This document shows positions 1-9,442 of a stretch of DNA of 64,000 bases, piece after piece. The position numbers and the translations under genes were made by a program. Each line of letters begins with the position of its first letter. Within the stretch, counting starts at the first letter, position 1. The stretch comes from an uncultured cyanobacterium (GTDB taxonomy: Bacteria; Cyanobacteriota; Cyanobacteriia; Pseudanabaenales; Pseudanabaenaceae), in NCBI GenBank assembly GCA_963703315.1, contig OY969811.1:544001-608000 (forward strand), in the 5' to 3' direction. A model generated the notes under the pieces. That model was not told where the DNA came from and made no database searches. It saw only the letters and a program-made list of their open reading frames with translations.

Positions 1-390
1 GTTGAAGCAGCGATCGCTTGGACAAGTAGTAAAGGTGTAGATCTTGCCTTTGATACTGTTGGCGGCAAGCTGATCGAACAAACCTTTCCCGCCGTCAAAA
101 TCTATGGTGATCTGGTTACGATTCTCGAACCACCTGCCGATATAAGCTGGAAAGTGGCGCGGACTCGCAATCTGAGGTTTAGCTTTGAATTAATGCTGAC
201 ACCGATGTTGCTCGGACAAACTGATCTCCAAATCCAACAAGCGCACATTCTCACTGAAAGCGCTAAGTTATTTGACTCAGGCAAGCTTAAAATCCATGTG
301 AGCGAAGTCTTTCCACTTGCCGATGCTGCAAAAGCACATCAATTACTAGAAACAGGCTCTATGACAGGAAAGTTGGTGCTAAGCATCTGA
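1..390 (+). CDS. Zinc-binding alcohol dehydrogenase / quinone oxidoreductase (MDR) family, 5'-truncated by the window edge
   Basis: Frame 1 is open from base 1 (VEAAIAWTSSKGVDLAFDTVGG...) to a typical MDR C-terminus (VFPLADAAKAHQLLETGSMTGKLVL). Confidence 0.85.
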   Translation, partial: VEAAIAWTSSKGVDLAFDTVGGKLIEQTFPAVKIYGDLVTILEPPADISWKVARTRNLRFSFELMLTPMLLGQTDLQIQQAHILTESAKLFDSGKLKIHVSEVFPLADAAKAHQLLETGSMTGKLVLSI

Positions 391-426
391 TATAGCTGTC
401 CCAGAACGAATAGCGTTGCTATGCGT

Positions 427-472
427 TAAAGCAATAAAAAAGCTCCCACAAGGGAGCTTTTTTATTGCTTTA
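427..472. terminator. Bidirectional intrinsic terminator between convergent genes
   Basis: 21-bp inverted repeat taaagcaataaaaaagctccc / gggagcttttttattgcttta with A and T tracts. Confidence 0.75.
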
Positions 473-1153
473 GCGAAATGTTGCTAGTTGCAACATTTGC
501 TTTTCGTTAGCAATACTCATGACTTGTCGCTTAGGATCAACCACAAGCCAACCTTTTTCTTTTAGTTTATCCAGTACCTTCGTAGCATCTTCAGGACTGA
601 CTTCTGAGAGATCGGCAATATCTTGAACAGGCAAATTGAAAATATCAATACCTCCATCATGCTTATTGCCATAGGTCTCTGCCAAACCAGTCAAAATCGT
701 AGCAATTCGCACCGCAGGTACTTGTTGGCGTAACTGAGTACGCTGATTAGTTTTGCGTAAGCGGCGTACCATTAGCTGCAACATACGGTGATGCAACTGC
801 GGATCTTTAAATAAAAATTGAATAAACTTTTGGGCAGGAATGCTCAGGACACGTACTGGGGTGAAAGCAACTACATCCGTAGAGCGAGGCGATTCGTCAA
901 GAATCGCCATTTCTCCAAAAAAGTCACCATTACCCAGTACGGCAAGCGTCGTCGCATCTTGACTTCGCAAAAACCTAACTTTGAGCCAGCCAGAGAGAAT
1001 GAAATATACAGCATTGCCCCAAGCATCTTCCATAAGCACTGCCCGCCCCGCAGGATATTCACGCTCTACTGCTTCAGAGAGGAGCCACTCCAAAGTTTCG
1101 ACGCTAGCAGCATCAAATAGTGGAAATAGCTCTTTGAAGATATCCGTTTGCAT
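470..1153 (-). CDS. Crp/Fnr family transcriptional regulator (SyCRP2-like)
   Basis: cNMP-binding domain (FFGEMAILDESPRS) and C-terminal HTH. Confidence 0.9.
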   Translation of the reverse strand: MQTDIFKELFPLFDAASVETLEWLLSEAVEREYPAGRAVLMEDAWGNAVYFILSGWLKVRFLRSQDATTLAVLGNGDFFGEMAILDESPRSTDVVAFTPVRVLSIPAQKFIQFLFKDPQLHHRMLQLMVRRLRKTNQRTQLRQQVPAVRIATILTGLAETYGNKHDGGIDIFNLPVQDIADLSEVSPEDATKVLDKLKEKGWLVVDPKRQVMSIANEKQMLQLATFR

Positions 1154-1227
1154 GGGGATTTTTTTAAAGACTGAATCTGATGGAAATTAGGCAGAATATT
1201 TAAGAAAATTGGCACTAGTCAAACAGA

Positions 1228-2013
1228 CTAAGCACCCATGACTTCGTAGCCAGCATCTACATAAATAATTTGCCCAGTTATCGCACTAGACAAATCACTA
1301 CCTAAGAAAGTTGCCACATTACCAACATCATCGGGAGTGACTAGACGACGTAAAGGCGCAGTTTCTTCATAGTGGTGCAGCATTTTGTGGAAGTCCCCGA
1401 TCGCTGCCGATGCAAGAGTACGGATGGGACCTGCGGAAATGGCATTAACTCGAATATTATCGGGACCTAAGTCGGAAGCGAGATAGCGTACATTCATCTC
1501 TAGGGCAGCCTTAGCCGTACCCATCACGTTGTAATTTGGTACAACTTTTGCCCCACCAATATAAGTAAGGGTAATCACGCTACCACCATCTTTTAGTAAA
1601 GGCTTGGCAGCACGGCAAAGATGAATTAATGAATAAGCACTCACATCGAGGGCTAGTTGAAAACCTGCACGGGAAATATCGGTAAAATTGCCAGATAAGT
1701 CTTCTTTATTGGCAAATGCTAGACAATGTACCAAAATATCGATCTTTTCCCACTGCTCCGCCACTGATGCAAACAGTGCATCCACTTGAGCATCATCTTG
1801 AACATTGCAAGGCAACAAAAAGCTTGGTGTCAAGGGATCGGTCAACTCAGCAACCTTACCTTTGTTACGATCGCGATCATCGGGCAAATAGGTGATCCCT
1901 AGCTTTGCACCAGCTTGATGTAACTTTTGGGCAATGCCCCAAGCGATCGAGCGATTGTTGGCGATCCCAGTCACAAGAGCAGTTTTCCCGCTCAAATCTA
2001 ACAAACCCGTCAT
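1228..2013 (-). CDS. fabI: Enoyl-ACP reductase FabI
   Basis: GIANNRSIAWGIA, YNVMGTAKAALE and NAISAGPIRTLA motifs. Confidence 0.96.
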   Translation of the reverse strand: MTGLLDLSGKTALVTGIANNRSIAWGIAQKLHQAGAKLGITYLPDDRDRNKGKVAELTDPLTPSFLLPCNVQDDAQVDALFASVAEQWEKIDILVHCLAFANKEDLSGNFTDISRAGFQLALDVSAYSLIHLCRAAKPLLKDGGSVITLTYIGGAKVVPNYNVMGTAKAALEMNVRYLASDLGPDNIRVNAISAGPIRTLASAAIGDFHKMLHHYEETAPLRRLVTPDDVGNVATFLGSDLSSAITGQIIYVDAGYEVMGA

Positions 2014-2059
2014 GTATATTTCCTAACGTGAACCCAGCGTAATTAGAAATAAGCTTACA

Positions 2060-2335
2060 TTAAAAGCCCATACTCATGCTTGCTGCCAATGGCGCAAGGG
2101 CGCGTTGCAAAAAGCTCAGTGCTAGAAAGGCAAGCATTGGTGAAAAATCCATGCCACCTAGAGGGGGAATAATTGAGCGAAATAAATTGAGATAAGGATC
2201 AGTAATTTGACTCAGTGCAGCAAAGGGCTGGTTGTACCAATCAATATTTGGGAACCAAGTTAATAACACACGAATAAATAGTAAGCCCAAATAAATTGAG
2301 ATAAAGGAGCTAACTGTACCAAGAATAACTGCCAT
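2060..2335 (-). CDS. YggT/Ycf19 family membrane protein
   Basis: LTWFPNIDW...ITDPYLNLFRSIIPPLGGMDFSP signature. Confidence 0.9.
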   Translation of the reverse strand: MAVILGTVSSFISIYLGLLFIRVLLTWFPNIDWYNQPFAALSQITDPYLNLFRSIIPPLGGMDFSPMLAFLALSFLQRALAPLAASMSMGF

Positions 2336-2512
2336 AATTTAATTTGTGGGGTTGTAGAACAATTAGAGAAAATATCTACCATCATTCTACTGAATCTAGT
2401 AAAAATCAGGATTTTTTGTAATTACTTGTACTATATAGCGCTTTTCCTGCCTGTGAGGTACAAGGTGGAGACACAAACCCGTACTTCAATAAGCTGGAAA
2501 ACCGTAAAGCTC

Positions 2513-2827
2513 TTATTTATCATCAATGTTTAAGTCACGCAATGACTCAACGGTTTGTTTGCGTCCATTTTTGCCTTCAGCCGTAGCCAGTTCTTGACTC
2601 ACTGAATCGATCGCTGCATTAAGTTGAGCAATTTTCTTCTCCAGATTACGACGCGCAAACTCATTAGAAGTCTGAGGCTTATCAATTAGGCGATCGCTGT
2701 CGGATTGGCGATCGTCAGTTTCATCTTCTGGCTCAGTGATCTTAATTGCCACTAATGCGCCAACTACGCCACCAATAGCAGCCCCGAAGAGAAAGCCTCC
2801 CCAAAAATTACCTGAATTATCTGCCAT
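2513..2827 (-). CDS. Conserved cyanobacterial membrane-anchored protein (YtxH-like)
   Basis: Gly-rich N-terminal helix GGFLFGAAIGGVVG and coiled coil ARRNLEKKIAQLNAAID; lies upstream of yggT. Confidence 0.7.
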   Translation of the reverse strand: MADNSGNFWGGFLFGAAIGGVVGALVAIKITEPEDETDDRQSDSDRLIDKPQTSNEFARRNLEKKIAQLNAAIDSVSQELATAEGKNGRKQTVESLRDLNIDDK

Positions 2828-2916
2828 AGCTTTGCCCTAACGATCTCAACAATCTGAAATACCGAGACTTTTGGGACATCATATCATTTTGGTTTGCGTT
2901 ACAGCATAGCGAACTC

Positions 2917-2996
2917 AAAAAGCAGATGGAGCGCAAAGCGCTCCATCTGCTTTTTAAATAGATGAAGGCGGCGCTTTGCGCCGCCTTCATCTATTT
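2917..2996. repeat. Two adjacent palindromic repeats with GCGC-N3-GCGC cores
   Basis: aaaaagcagatggagcgc-aaa-gcgctccatctgcttttt and aaatagatgaaggcggcgc-ttt-gcgccgccttcatctattt. Confidence 0.9.
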
Positions 2997-3033
2997 GGGT
3001 TGCAAAACTTATCATTGTGGTAAGCACTGTAGC

Positions 3034-3147
3034 TATAGTTGTCGCCATTTGTATTATGACAAATCAAAACCCCAGAAGCGAGTGGCGGCGCTTCGCGCCG
3101 CCACTCGCTTCTGGTTTTGTGTCCTAACAAGACTGGCGGCAGCTATA
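3034..3147. mobile_element. MITE-like element, family C (TATAG...CTATA ends, internal GC hairpin)
   Basis: Imperfect terminal inverted repeats tatagttgtcgcca / tggcggcagctata around cagaagcgagtggcggcgc-ttc-gcgccgccactcgcttctg; related partial copies near 4159, 16995, 28025 and 57429. Confidence 0.65.
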
Positions 3148-3150
3148 AAA

Positions 3151-4041
3151 CTATAGCGGTGCTTTTGTGACAATTTTAGGCTTCAGTACCATAGAGGTAG
3201 CACTTTTACTTTCATCAAGCTTGGTGAGAAAGCTTGACAATATCTTGGGATCTAATTCTGCGGGGAGAATGAGTTTACCTTGTTCATCTCTTTTCATAAA
3301 AGCTGAATTGTTACTTAGACCCGCTTTGATAACATTACTCCGCTCGGTAAGGGCGACATCATCCTTAGGATTTTTTGATAGCCAACTAGTATAAGCATCG
3401 ATCGCATCATACCAATATGCATTTTTTGCATATATTCTTGCTTTTTCTAAATCATTTTTGGCGGCGGCGATCGCCTTTAAAGTTATCGCATCGTCATCAC
3501 GTCGGATTGGAGCATTAATATCGACTTGCATAGCTCCACCAATTGCTTGCCAACGAATCTGCCAACGCTGTACTTTTCCTTTAACTAACTCAGGCGCATT
3601 TTCGGGCAAAGTAAACTTGTACAGACCAGAGCCTTCTGCTTTGCCTTCGGCAACAAAAACAGACTTTGCAGATCTATCGTTGCTATCGCGTAAAAAGAAA
3701 GTAATCTTGGAAGAAGTTTTGTCACCTTCAACCTTAGGAATAGTTGTTGAAGGTGTGGCAGTGTCTTCAGGCGCAATGTACCAATAAAATGTAGGGCGAG
3801 AAGCTAAAGTCTTTGCTCCATCTTCTGGCGAAAGGATGGTAATCGGCGGCAAGTTACCTCTGGTTGCACCACCTGTACCTGCGGACTTAGGCAAGCCCAA
3901 TCCATATTGAGCAAACGCCGTAGGTACAAAAGTAAGCGAAGTTGCGACAGAAGATATACATAAAGTAGCGATCGCTGTTGTGCCAAGAGCGATCATCTTT
4001 TGTTTTGCAAGTTTGCTTGAAATCTTAGATATTGAAGTCAT
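3151..4041 (-). CDS. DUF928 domain-containing exported protein
   Basis: Signal peptide, GGATRG, TLASRPTFYWYI and YAKNAYWYDA motifs typical of DUF928. Confidence 0.8.
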   Translation of the reverse strand: MTSISKISSKLAKQKMIALGTTAIATLCISSVATSLTFVPTAFAQYGLGLPKSAGTGGATRGNLPPITILSPEDGAKTLASRPTFYWYIAPEDTATPSTTIPKVEGDKTSSKITFFLRDSNDRSAKSVFVAEGKAEGSGLYKFTLPENAPELVKGKVQRWQIRWQAIGGAMQVDINAPIRRDDDAITLKAIAAAKNDLEKARIYAKNAYWYDAIDAYTSWLSKNPKDDVALTERSNVIKAGLSNNSAFMKRDEQGKLILPAELDPKILSSFLTKLDESKSATSMVLKPKIVTKAPL

Positions 4042-4158
4042 TTGTGTAATGATCCAAGTTGTTTTTACTAGTCTTGGTAGAGTGATGCTAACAAGACCTA
4101 ATTTATGATTTCAGGTCGATAAACTGGGCTAACAAGTTCCCTTTTATAAGAATCTTTA

Positions 4159-4240
4159 TATAGATGTCGTCATTTGTATCAAAACAAATCACAACCCCTT
4201 AAGCGAGTTGCGGCACAAAGCGCCGCAACTCGCTTAAGGG
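4159..4240. repeat. Partial family C element with GC hairpin
   Basis: tatagatgtcgtcatttgtat...cccttaagcgagttgcggcac-aaa-gcgccgcaactcgcttaaggg; matches the left part of 3034-3147. Confidence 0.7.
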
Positions 4241-4260
4241 AAGCGTAGATATAAAAGCTA

Positions 4261-4497
4261 TTATGGCGCAACTTTAGAAGCGATCGCCTCAGCCATTTCT
4301 TGAGTACCCACAGTTTTTCGCACGGACTCCAATACGCGATCGGGCAAAGGTGTACCGTGAGTTGCCATCACATCTACACCAGCATCTTCAATAGTCCAAT
4401 CAATCTTTACACCCGTTGCGTCAATAACTGTTTGCGTAGCTTTTGCTACTTCAGGTCTAATGCCATCACCACGAATCAACGTAACTGAGTAAGCCAC
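4261..4497 (-). pseudogene. Isocitrate/isopropylmalate dehydrogenase family remnant with large in-frame internal deletion
   Basis: Family N-terminus (VTLIRGDGIRPEV...DAGVDVMATHGTPLP) is joined directly to the family C-terminus (VGTQEMAEAI); only 78 aa, and GDGIGPE has become GDGIRPE. Confidence 0.8.
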
Positions 4498-5570
4498 AAA
4501 TCGTTTCCCTAAATTCTTCTAAATGGTTTTACAAAATGATTCACATACAAATTACATCAAATCAATTTCATGGCATCAATAAAGATCAATAAAGTTAGAT
4601 TTGATCCATTTATTTTGATAATTGACTTCACCCAGATGAATGATTACATTTAGCAGTTTTGGTCTAGACATCAAGGCTATCAAACTATGCAATCACGCAA
4701 ATGAAACATTTGTGACAATTAATCATAAAACTAATCCATATAATTTGCTGACCATCAGCCACAAGCTCATCTCTAATTTTCTTAAACAAAATTAAAGATG
4801 AGCAACAGCAATTGCAGGGAATAATTACTGTAAGGTCACCATTGGTTCATCCTATCCTCAGTAAAGTTTATCGTGAACTCTAAGAAAATGACTGTAGGGA
4901 ACCTCTAGTTTCTGATCACCGTCTTCGTTAGTCTGGCAGTCAATCAGGCTCAGTAAATACATTTAGCAGTCAGTATTGCTCAGAACTTGTGAGTATTCAC
5001 ATCACAGATTCTTAGTTCTAAAGTAGAAAATTCAGTTTCTTATCTATCGAAATCTTTATACCTAGACAATTACTTTAACAGTTGTATTCTTTAATATTTA
5101 CTAAATCTAATTTAGTCGCCATATAGGTAAATTTATAAGAAATTAATTAGGAAATTACATCTGTAGTTGCGAGCTATTTTTTACATTAAGGCTTTCTATT
5201 TTCATTTCTAACAATAGGTAGTAATCTCAATGTCATTAAAAGCCAAAAGTGATGAGTGTAAATACTTAGTTGAATTCTAGTTAAACCTTTAGAGAGATAG
5301 TGATAGCCGTCCTTTGACTTTTCTAATTAACTTGTAATAATATGTAACTCTAGACGCAAGAGATAAAAAGGTTGATCCTGTATTATACAAAGTCACTGTA
5401 GAGCAAGCGCTACGTTAGTCGCTTAATCTTACAAAACTTAAAGATTGTGATTTTAAGCTGTTAATCAAAATAAATTTAATTTTCAAGTTATGGGGTCTTC
5501 CTTGTCTCAGCCTTCTGGTCTTAGAGAAGCACTCTTTAAAAAACGCTTAGTTTAAAAAATTAGGAGCGAT

Positions 5571-6581
5571 ATGTCTGAAGAACCATTGACCCAACCCACA
5601 CCAAAAGCAGTGGATAGGCAAGCTAACAAGCAGGTCGGTCTGTCTGCTGACATGGTTCGCACGTATTTGCATGAAATCGGCAAGATTCCTCTACTTAGCA
5701 ATGAGGAGGAGATTATTTACGGTAAGCAAGTACAGCAGATGATGGCACTGTTTGAGGTGCAAGAAAAACTTGCCCAAAATAGCGATCGCTTACCAACTGA
5801 GCAAGAATGGGCTGAAGCTGTCGGCTTAGCTCCAGAGCTTTTACATAGCCATATTCGCATCGGTACAAGAGCTAAACGCAAAATGATTGAGGCGAATCTC
5901 CGTTTGGTCGTCTCCGTAGCAAAGAAATATCAAAAACGGAATCTAGAACTTCTAGACTTAGTACAGGAGGGAACGCTCGGATTAGAACGTGCCGTAGATA
6001 AGTTCGACCCAACTAAAGGCTTTAAGTTTTCGACCTATGCCTATTGGTGGATTCGTCAAGCGATTACGAGAGCGATCGCGCAGCAAGCACGGACTATTCG
6101 TCTGCCAGTTCACATCACCGAAAAGCTCAATAAAATCAAAAAAGCTCAGCGCCAACTATCGCAAGATTTAGGTCGGGTAGCTACTGTGGCGGAAATCGCT
6201 TATGAGCTAAATATCAAGACCGATCAAGTTCGTGAATGTCTATCCCTATCACGTCAGCCAATTTCCCTTGATTTACGCATTGGTGATAATCAAGATACGG
6301 AACTGGCGGAACTTTTAGAAGATACAGGACGTTCTCCTGATAATTATGTAGAACGGGAGTCTTTGCGAACAGATATTCAAAGTTTGCTGAAGGAGCTACC
6401 CGAAAAGCAACGTCAAGTTATGATTTTGCGTTACGGGCTAGAGGATGGTCAAGAGATGTCGTTAGCTAGCATTAGCAAGCGGATGGATCTTAGCCGTGAG
6501 CAAGTAAGGCAATTAGAACGTCAAGCGATGGATTATCTTCGCAAGCGTAAAGCGAGAATGCAGGAATATCTAGCTAGCTAA
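5571..6581 (+). CDS. Group 2 RNA polymerase sigma-70 factor (SigB-like)
   Basis: DMVRTYLHEIG region 1.2, ANLRLVVSVAKKY, KFSTYAYWWIRQAITRA; lacks region 1.1. Confidence 0.92.
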   Translation: MSEEPLTQPTPKAVDRQANKQVGLSADMVRTYLHEIGKIPLLSNEEEIIYGKQVQQMMALFEVQEKLAQNSDRLPTEQEWAEAVGLAPELLHSHIRIGTRAKRKMIEANLRLVVSVAKKYQKRNLELLDLVQEGTLGLERAVDKFDPTKGFKFSTYAYWWIRQAITRAIAQQARTIRLPVHITEKLNKIKKAQRQLSQDLGRVATVAEIAYELNIKTDQVRECLSLSRQPISLDLRIGDNQDTELAELLEDTGRSPDNYVERESLRTDIQSLLKELPEKQRQVMILRYGLEDGQEMSLASISKRMDLSREQVRQLERQAMDYLRKRKARMQEYLAS

Positions 6582-6726
6582 TACCAAAACTAAAAATGGC
6601 TACGCCATTTTTAGTTTTGAAAACCCTTACTGGGTTTTGTTTATACCAATTCACGAAAGTGTGACCACACTTTCGTGAATTGGTATAAACAACAAAGGCA
6701 ACGCATTGCGTTGCCTTTGTTATTTG
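6581..6726. repeat. Family D composite repeat with three tandem hairpins
   Basis: caaaactaaaaatggc-tac-gccatttttagttttg; ataccaattcacgaaagtgtg-ac-cacactttcgtgaattggtat; aacaaaggcaacgc-att-gcgttgcctttgtt. Related copies near 19363, 19820, 21450, 26393 and 34990. Confidence 0.85.
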
Positions 6727-6773
6727 AAAGATTGTTTCTCCGCAGAAGTCGGGAAACAATCCGTCTCTTTTTG

Positions 6774-7421
6774 CTAAAAAATACCAGATAGTTCGTAGAG
6801 ATGACGTAAAATCGCGAGAATTTTCTTGTCATAGTTAGCATCCTCCGCCCATTGCCCTGCAAGCTGACCTAATAAAGGTGCTGTTCCCCGCTTGACGAGT
6901 TTAAAGCGCGGGTCAACTAGTGGCTGGACTAAAGGCTTGGTGGTTGCATAAGCCTTTAGATGTTGAATTTGCGCTCTTACCCCAATACGGCGATCGCTAA
7001 AACTATCACCACGTACTCCATTACCGATCGCTCCAATACCCCCAAAATTATTTTGTTCTGGTTTCACATCCCCATCAAATTGCAAAAAACCTGTTTCTAA
7101 ACACATCTGACAAAAGGCGATGTCATAGTTCACATTTTCGATCGCTGCCTCCTCTCGATAGATGGTAGGCAAGTCTCCATAGATATTTAATGGTGCATTA
7201 TTGAGTTGTAATAGCCGTAATAATTGGACTTCTGAAGTAATTCCATCACCCATAATCCGATCAATTCTGCCAGTTAGGACTTGAGAACAGATTTTCTCTT
7301 TCCGCGCACTTGTGGACAAAGGTAAAAAGTCTTGAGCTTGAACAGTATTTTGGTATAGGCGATCAAAGGTAAATATAGCGATCGCACCAACTCCCATTTG
7401 AAGAAACTGCTTTCTTCTCAT
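6774..7421 (-). CDS. Glucosaminidase-domain (GH73-like) peptidoglycan hydrolase with Tat-like signal
   Basis: N-terminal RRKQFL twin-arginine motif; AFCQMCLETGFL, QNNFGGIG, GVRAQIQHLKAYA and LVDPRF. Confidence 0.8.
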   Translation of the reverse strand: MRRKQFLQMGVGAIAIFTFDRLYQNTVQAQDFLPLSTSARKEKICSQVLTGRIDRIMGDGITSEVQLLRLLQLNNAPLNIYGDLPTIYREEAAIENVNYDIAFCQMCLETGFLQFDGDVKPEQNNFGGIGAIGNGVRGDSFSDRRIGVRAQIQHLKAYATTKPLVQPLVDPRFKLVKRGTAPLLGQLAGQWAEDANYDKKILAILRHLYELSGIF

Positions 7422-7450
7422 AACTGTTTCACTTTATCTAGCTGCAAATC

Positions 7451-7621
7451 CTAATCTTTATAGACGTTAAATAAATTTTGCTGTTTCTGACAAGGGGGAT
7501 TTGACGGATATTGAGTTCTGGGGTCACTGCAACTGCGAGGGTCTTGAGAGTAGGCAGAGGCAGTACCTGCAAAGGGAATCAGCAAAGCAGATGCAGAAAT
7601 AACTGATAGCAAAAATTTCAT
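7451..7621 (-). CDS. Small secreted peptide, 56 aa (below the ORF-track cutoff)
   Basis: Manual translation MKFLLSVISASALLIPFAGTASA-YSQDPRSCSDPRTQYPSNPPCQKQQNLFNVYKD*; Sec-type signal with ASA cleavage site; AAGG upstream of the ATG. Confidence 0.65.
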   Translation of the reverse strand: MKFLLSVISASALLIPFAGTASAYSQDPRSCSDPRTQYPSNPPCQKQQNLFNVYKD

Positions 7622-7764
7622 GATGTTGACCTTTGATATAAGTGATTAAGTTAAGAATTTTTCAGGCTAAAAATATTTATATGCAATTAAGTGGGCTTTG
7701 TGCAGATTTGCACGATTTTTGAGCCATTTAGCCTAGTTTTGAGAGAAGAAAATATTGCAGAACC

Positions 7765-8145
7765 TTAACAAGCCTTTTTTTCAAGCAATCTGGGACGATC
7801 AAGCTGAACCAGAGAATTACTTTGAGATTGCCTTGTATAGAGAAGACCTGTGGAAATAGCGTCGATTAAGTCTGGATTTTGGGTTGACTCGATCGCTAAA
7901 TCTAGAAATAAGCTCTCAATTTTTTGCATTGAGGCGATGATTTGATGTCTAATTTTGATGCGTGTGGTGGCTAACCAAAAAGATTGAGACTCTGCGGCAG
8001 AGCAATCTGTCATCAATAGTGCAATCTCATCTAGCAAAGAAGTGAGGTGATGCTCATCCTCTTGCGGCTGGACTGGCTGATGTCCTAAACGCGGCTGGAA
8101 TTGATGAGCAAAAATCGGCGGTGTGGGGAAAGCATCGCTTTGCAT
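7765..8145 (-). CDS. Hypothetical protein, paralog of 8155..8580
   Basis: AGGAGG RBS next to the upstream stop codon; shares an L-xx-I...C-xxx-E-xxx-FW-x-A motif with its neighbour. Confidence 0.7.
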   Translation of the reverse strand: MQSDAFPTPPIFAHQFQPRLGHQPVQPQEDEHHLTSLLDEIALLMTDCSAAESQSFWLATTRIKIRHQIIASMQKIESLFLDLAIESTQNPDLIDAISTGLLYTRQSQSNSLVQLDRPRLLEKKAC

Positions 8146-8154
8146 AGATCCTCC

Positions 8155-8580
8155 TTATTTCTGGATTGCTAAGTGAGGATGGGCAAAAGCACTGGATGAA
8201 AATCGAGATTGGCTTGACTTGAGATCGCTTGAGCGTTCAGACAAATGGTTGGATAAATGCAGTTGAGGGTAGGTCAAGTCTGCTAATACCTCCAAAATAC
8301 GGCAAAAATCTCGATGCTTTTTGCGATCAGTCAAAAATCTCGGTACTTCCAAATATTGTGAGCGTTTTTGGACTGCTTGTCGCAGATTGGCGATCGCCGC
8401 CCAAAAATTAGACATCTCCTCATAGGTACAAGCTAATAAAAATACTTCAATGTCATGAAGCACTTGCGAAAAGCGATCGGCAATGCTCGGACGCACATTT
8501 GGATACAACGATGATGTTTTGTACGGTGGACTAGGTAATAAATTAAGGTGACGTTGGGGCAAATGATGGGGGGCGCTCAT
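8155..8580 (-). CDS. Hypothetical protein, paralog of 7765..8145
   Basis: AGAGG RBS; contains HIP1 sites; shared motif with the downstream ORF. Confidence 0.7.
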   Translation of the reverse strand: MSAPHHLPQRHLNLLPSPPYKTSSLYPNVRPSIADRFSQVLHDIEVFLLACTYEEMSNFWAAIANLRQAVQKRSQYLEVPRFLTDRKKHRDFCRILEVLADLTYPQLHLSNHLSERSSDLKSSQSRFSSSAFAHPHLAIQK

Positions 8581-9442
8581 GTTTCAATGCCTCTAATTGT
8601 GAGGATATATGAGGAAAAGTCGTTTTTTGTCATAAAACCTTGTCTTTCTCTTGCCATAAGCACTTGCCAGTGATAAAAGAAGTACATATTTCTTTAAGTG
8701 AGGGTAAGTGAGCTTAATGGCTGAGGCAAAAGGCTTAAGAGGTGAATAAATCAACTTGATGACCTTTGTTGGAAATCAGCATACGATCTAAAACTTGATT
8801 TGCACACCAGAAAAAATAGTATTTTTTGTCAGTAAATGTATGAATAAAACTAAGCAAATATTGAATGTAATATCAAATCAAATGTATAAATCTTGGAATT
8901 TAATTTAATGTCTCATTAATTTAAAAACTCATAAATTCAATTGACATTAATCTTGGTTTGAATCTTTGATAATTCTGTCAATATATTGCAAATAATTTCA
9001 AAACATTGTTTTTAATTATTTTGTTGGCAAAAACAGTGATTTATGCTTTTATTGACTGACTTGATAGATGGATTGATGATTTGTAAAGCTTTGCCAGTAA
9101 TGAATTATCAGAAAAAACAAGAAAAAATTGCTATATCAAAAAGCCAATGTCTGACTAAATCAGGATCTAGATAAAAGTTAAGAAAATCTATTGCAAATCC
9201 CCAAATATATGTTATTTATCTAACGTGAAAAAACAAGAATATGTTGATTAAGATATCCATCGCTATCGTGATTAGTCATTATTTAAGGTTGATTAGAAAG
9301 ATTGTCATTCAAACTTAAATCTCAAAACAATTTGCAATAGGTATCTACTATTTATTGCAATTGCAAAAACAAGACTAACTTGACTATTAATTAAGACAAG
9401 ACTGAGACATTTACAGAGACATTACTAAGAGGAATTAAAACC

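Noticed and set aside
2433..2506. Degenerate inverted-repeat element tatagcgcttttcc...ggaaaaccgta
   Set aside because: It resembles a decayed MITE but is too degenerate, with no second copy seen in the window.
2917..3147. Clustered palindromes as a CRISPR array
   Set aside because: No identical direct repeats with regular unique spacers and no cas genes; these are dispersed inverted repeats.
2962..3156. 64-aa ORF, and similar ORFs at 6574..6759, 6641..6862, 31121..31312, 34955..35173, 44188..44421 and 55471..55803
   Set aside because: They read through palindromic repeat elements (recurrent AALRAATRF-like translations), so they are most likely spurious.
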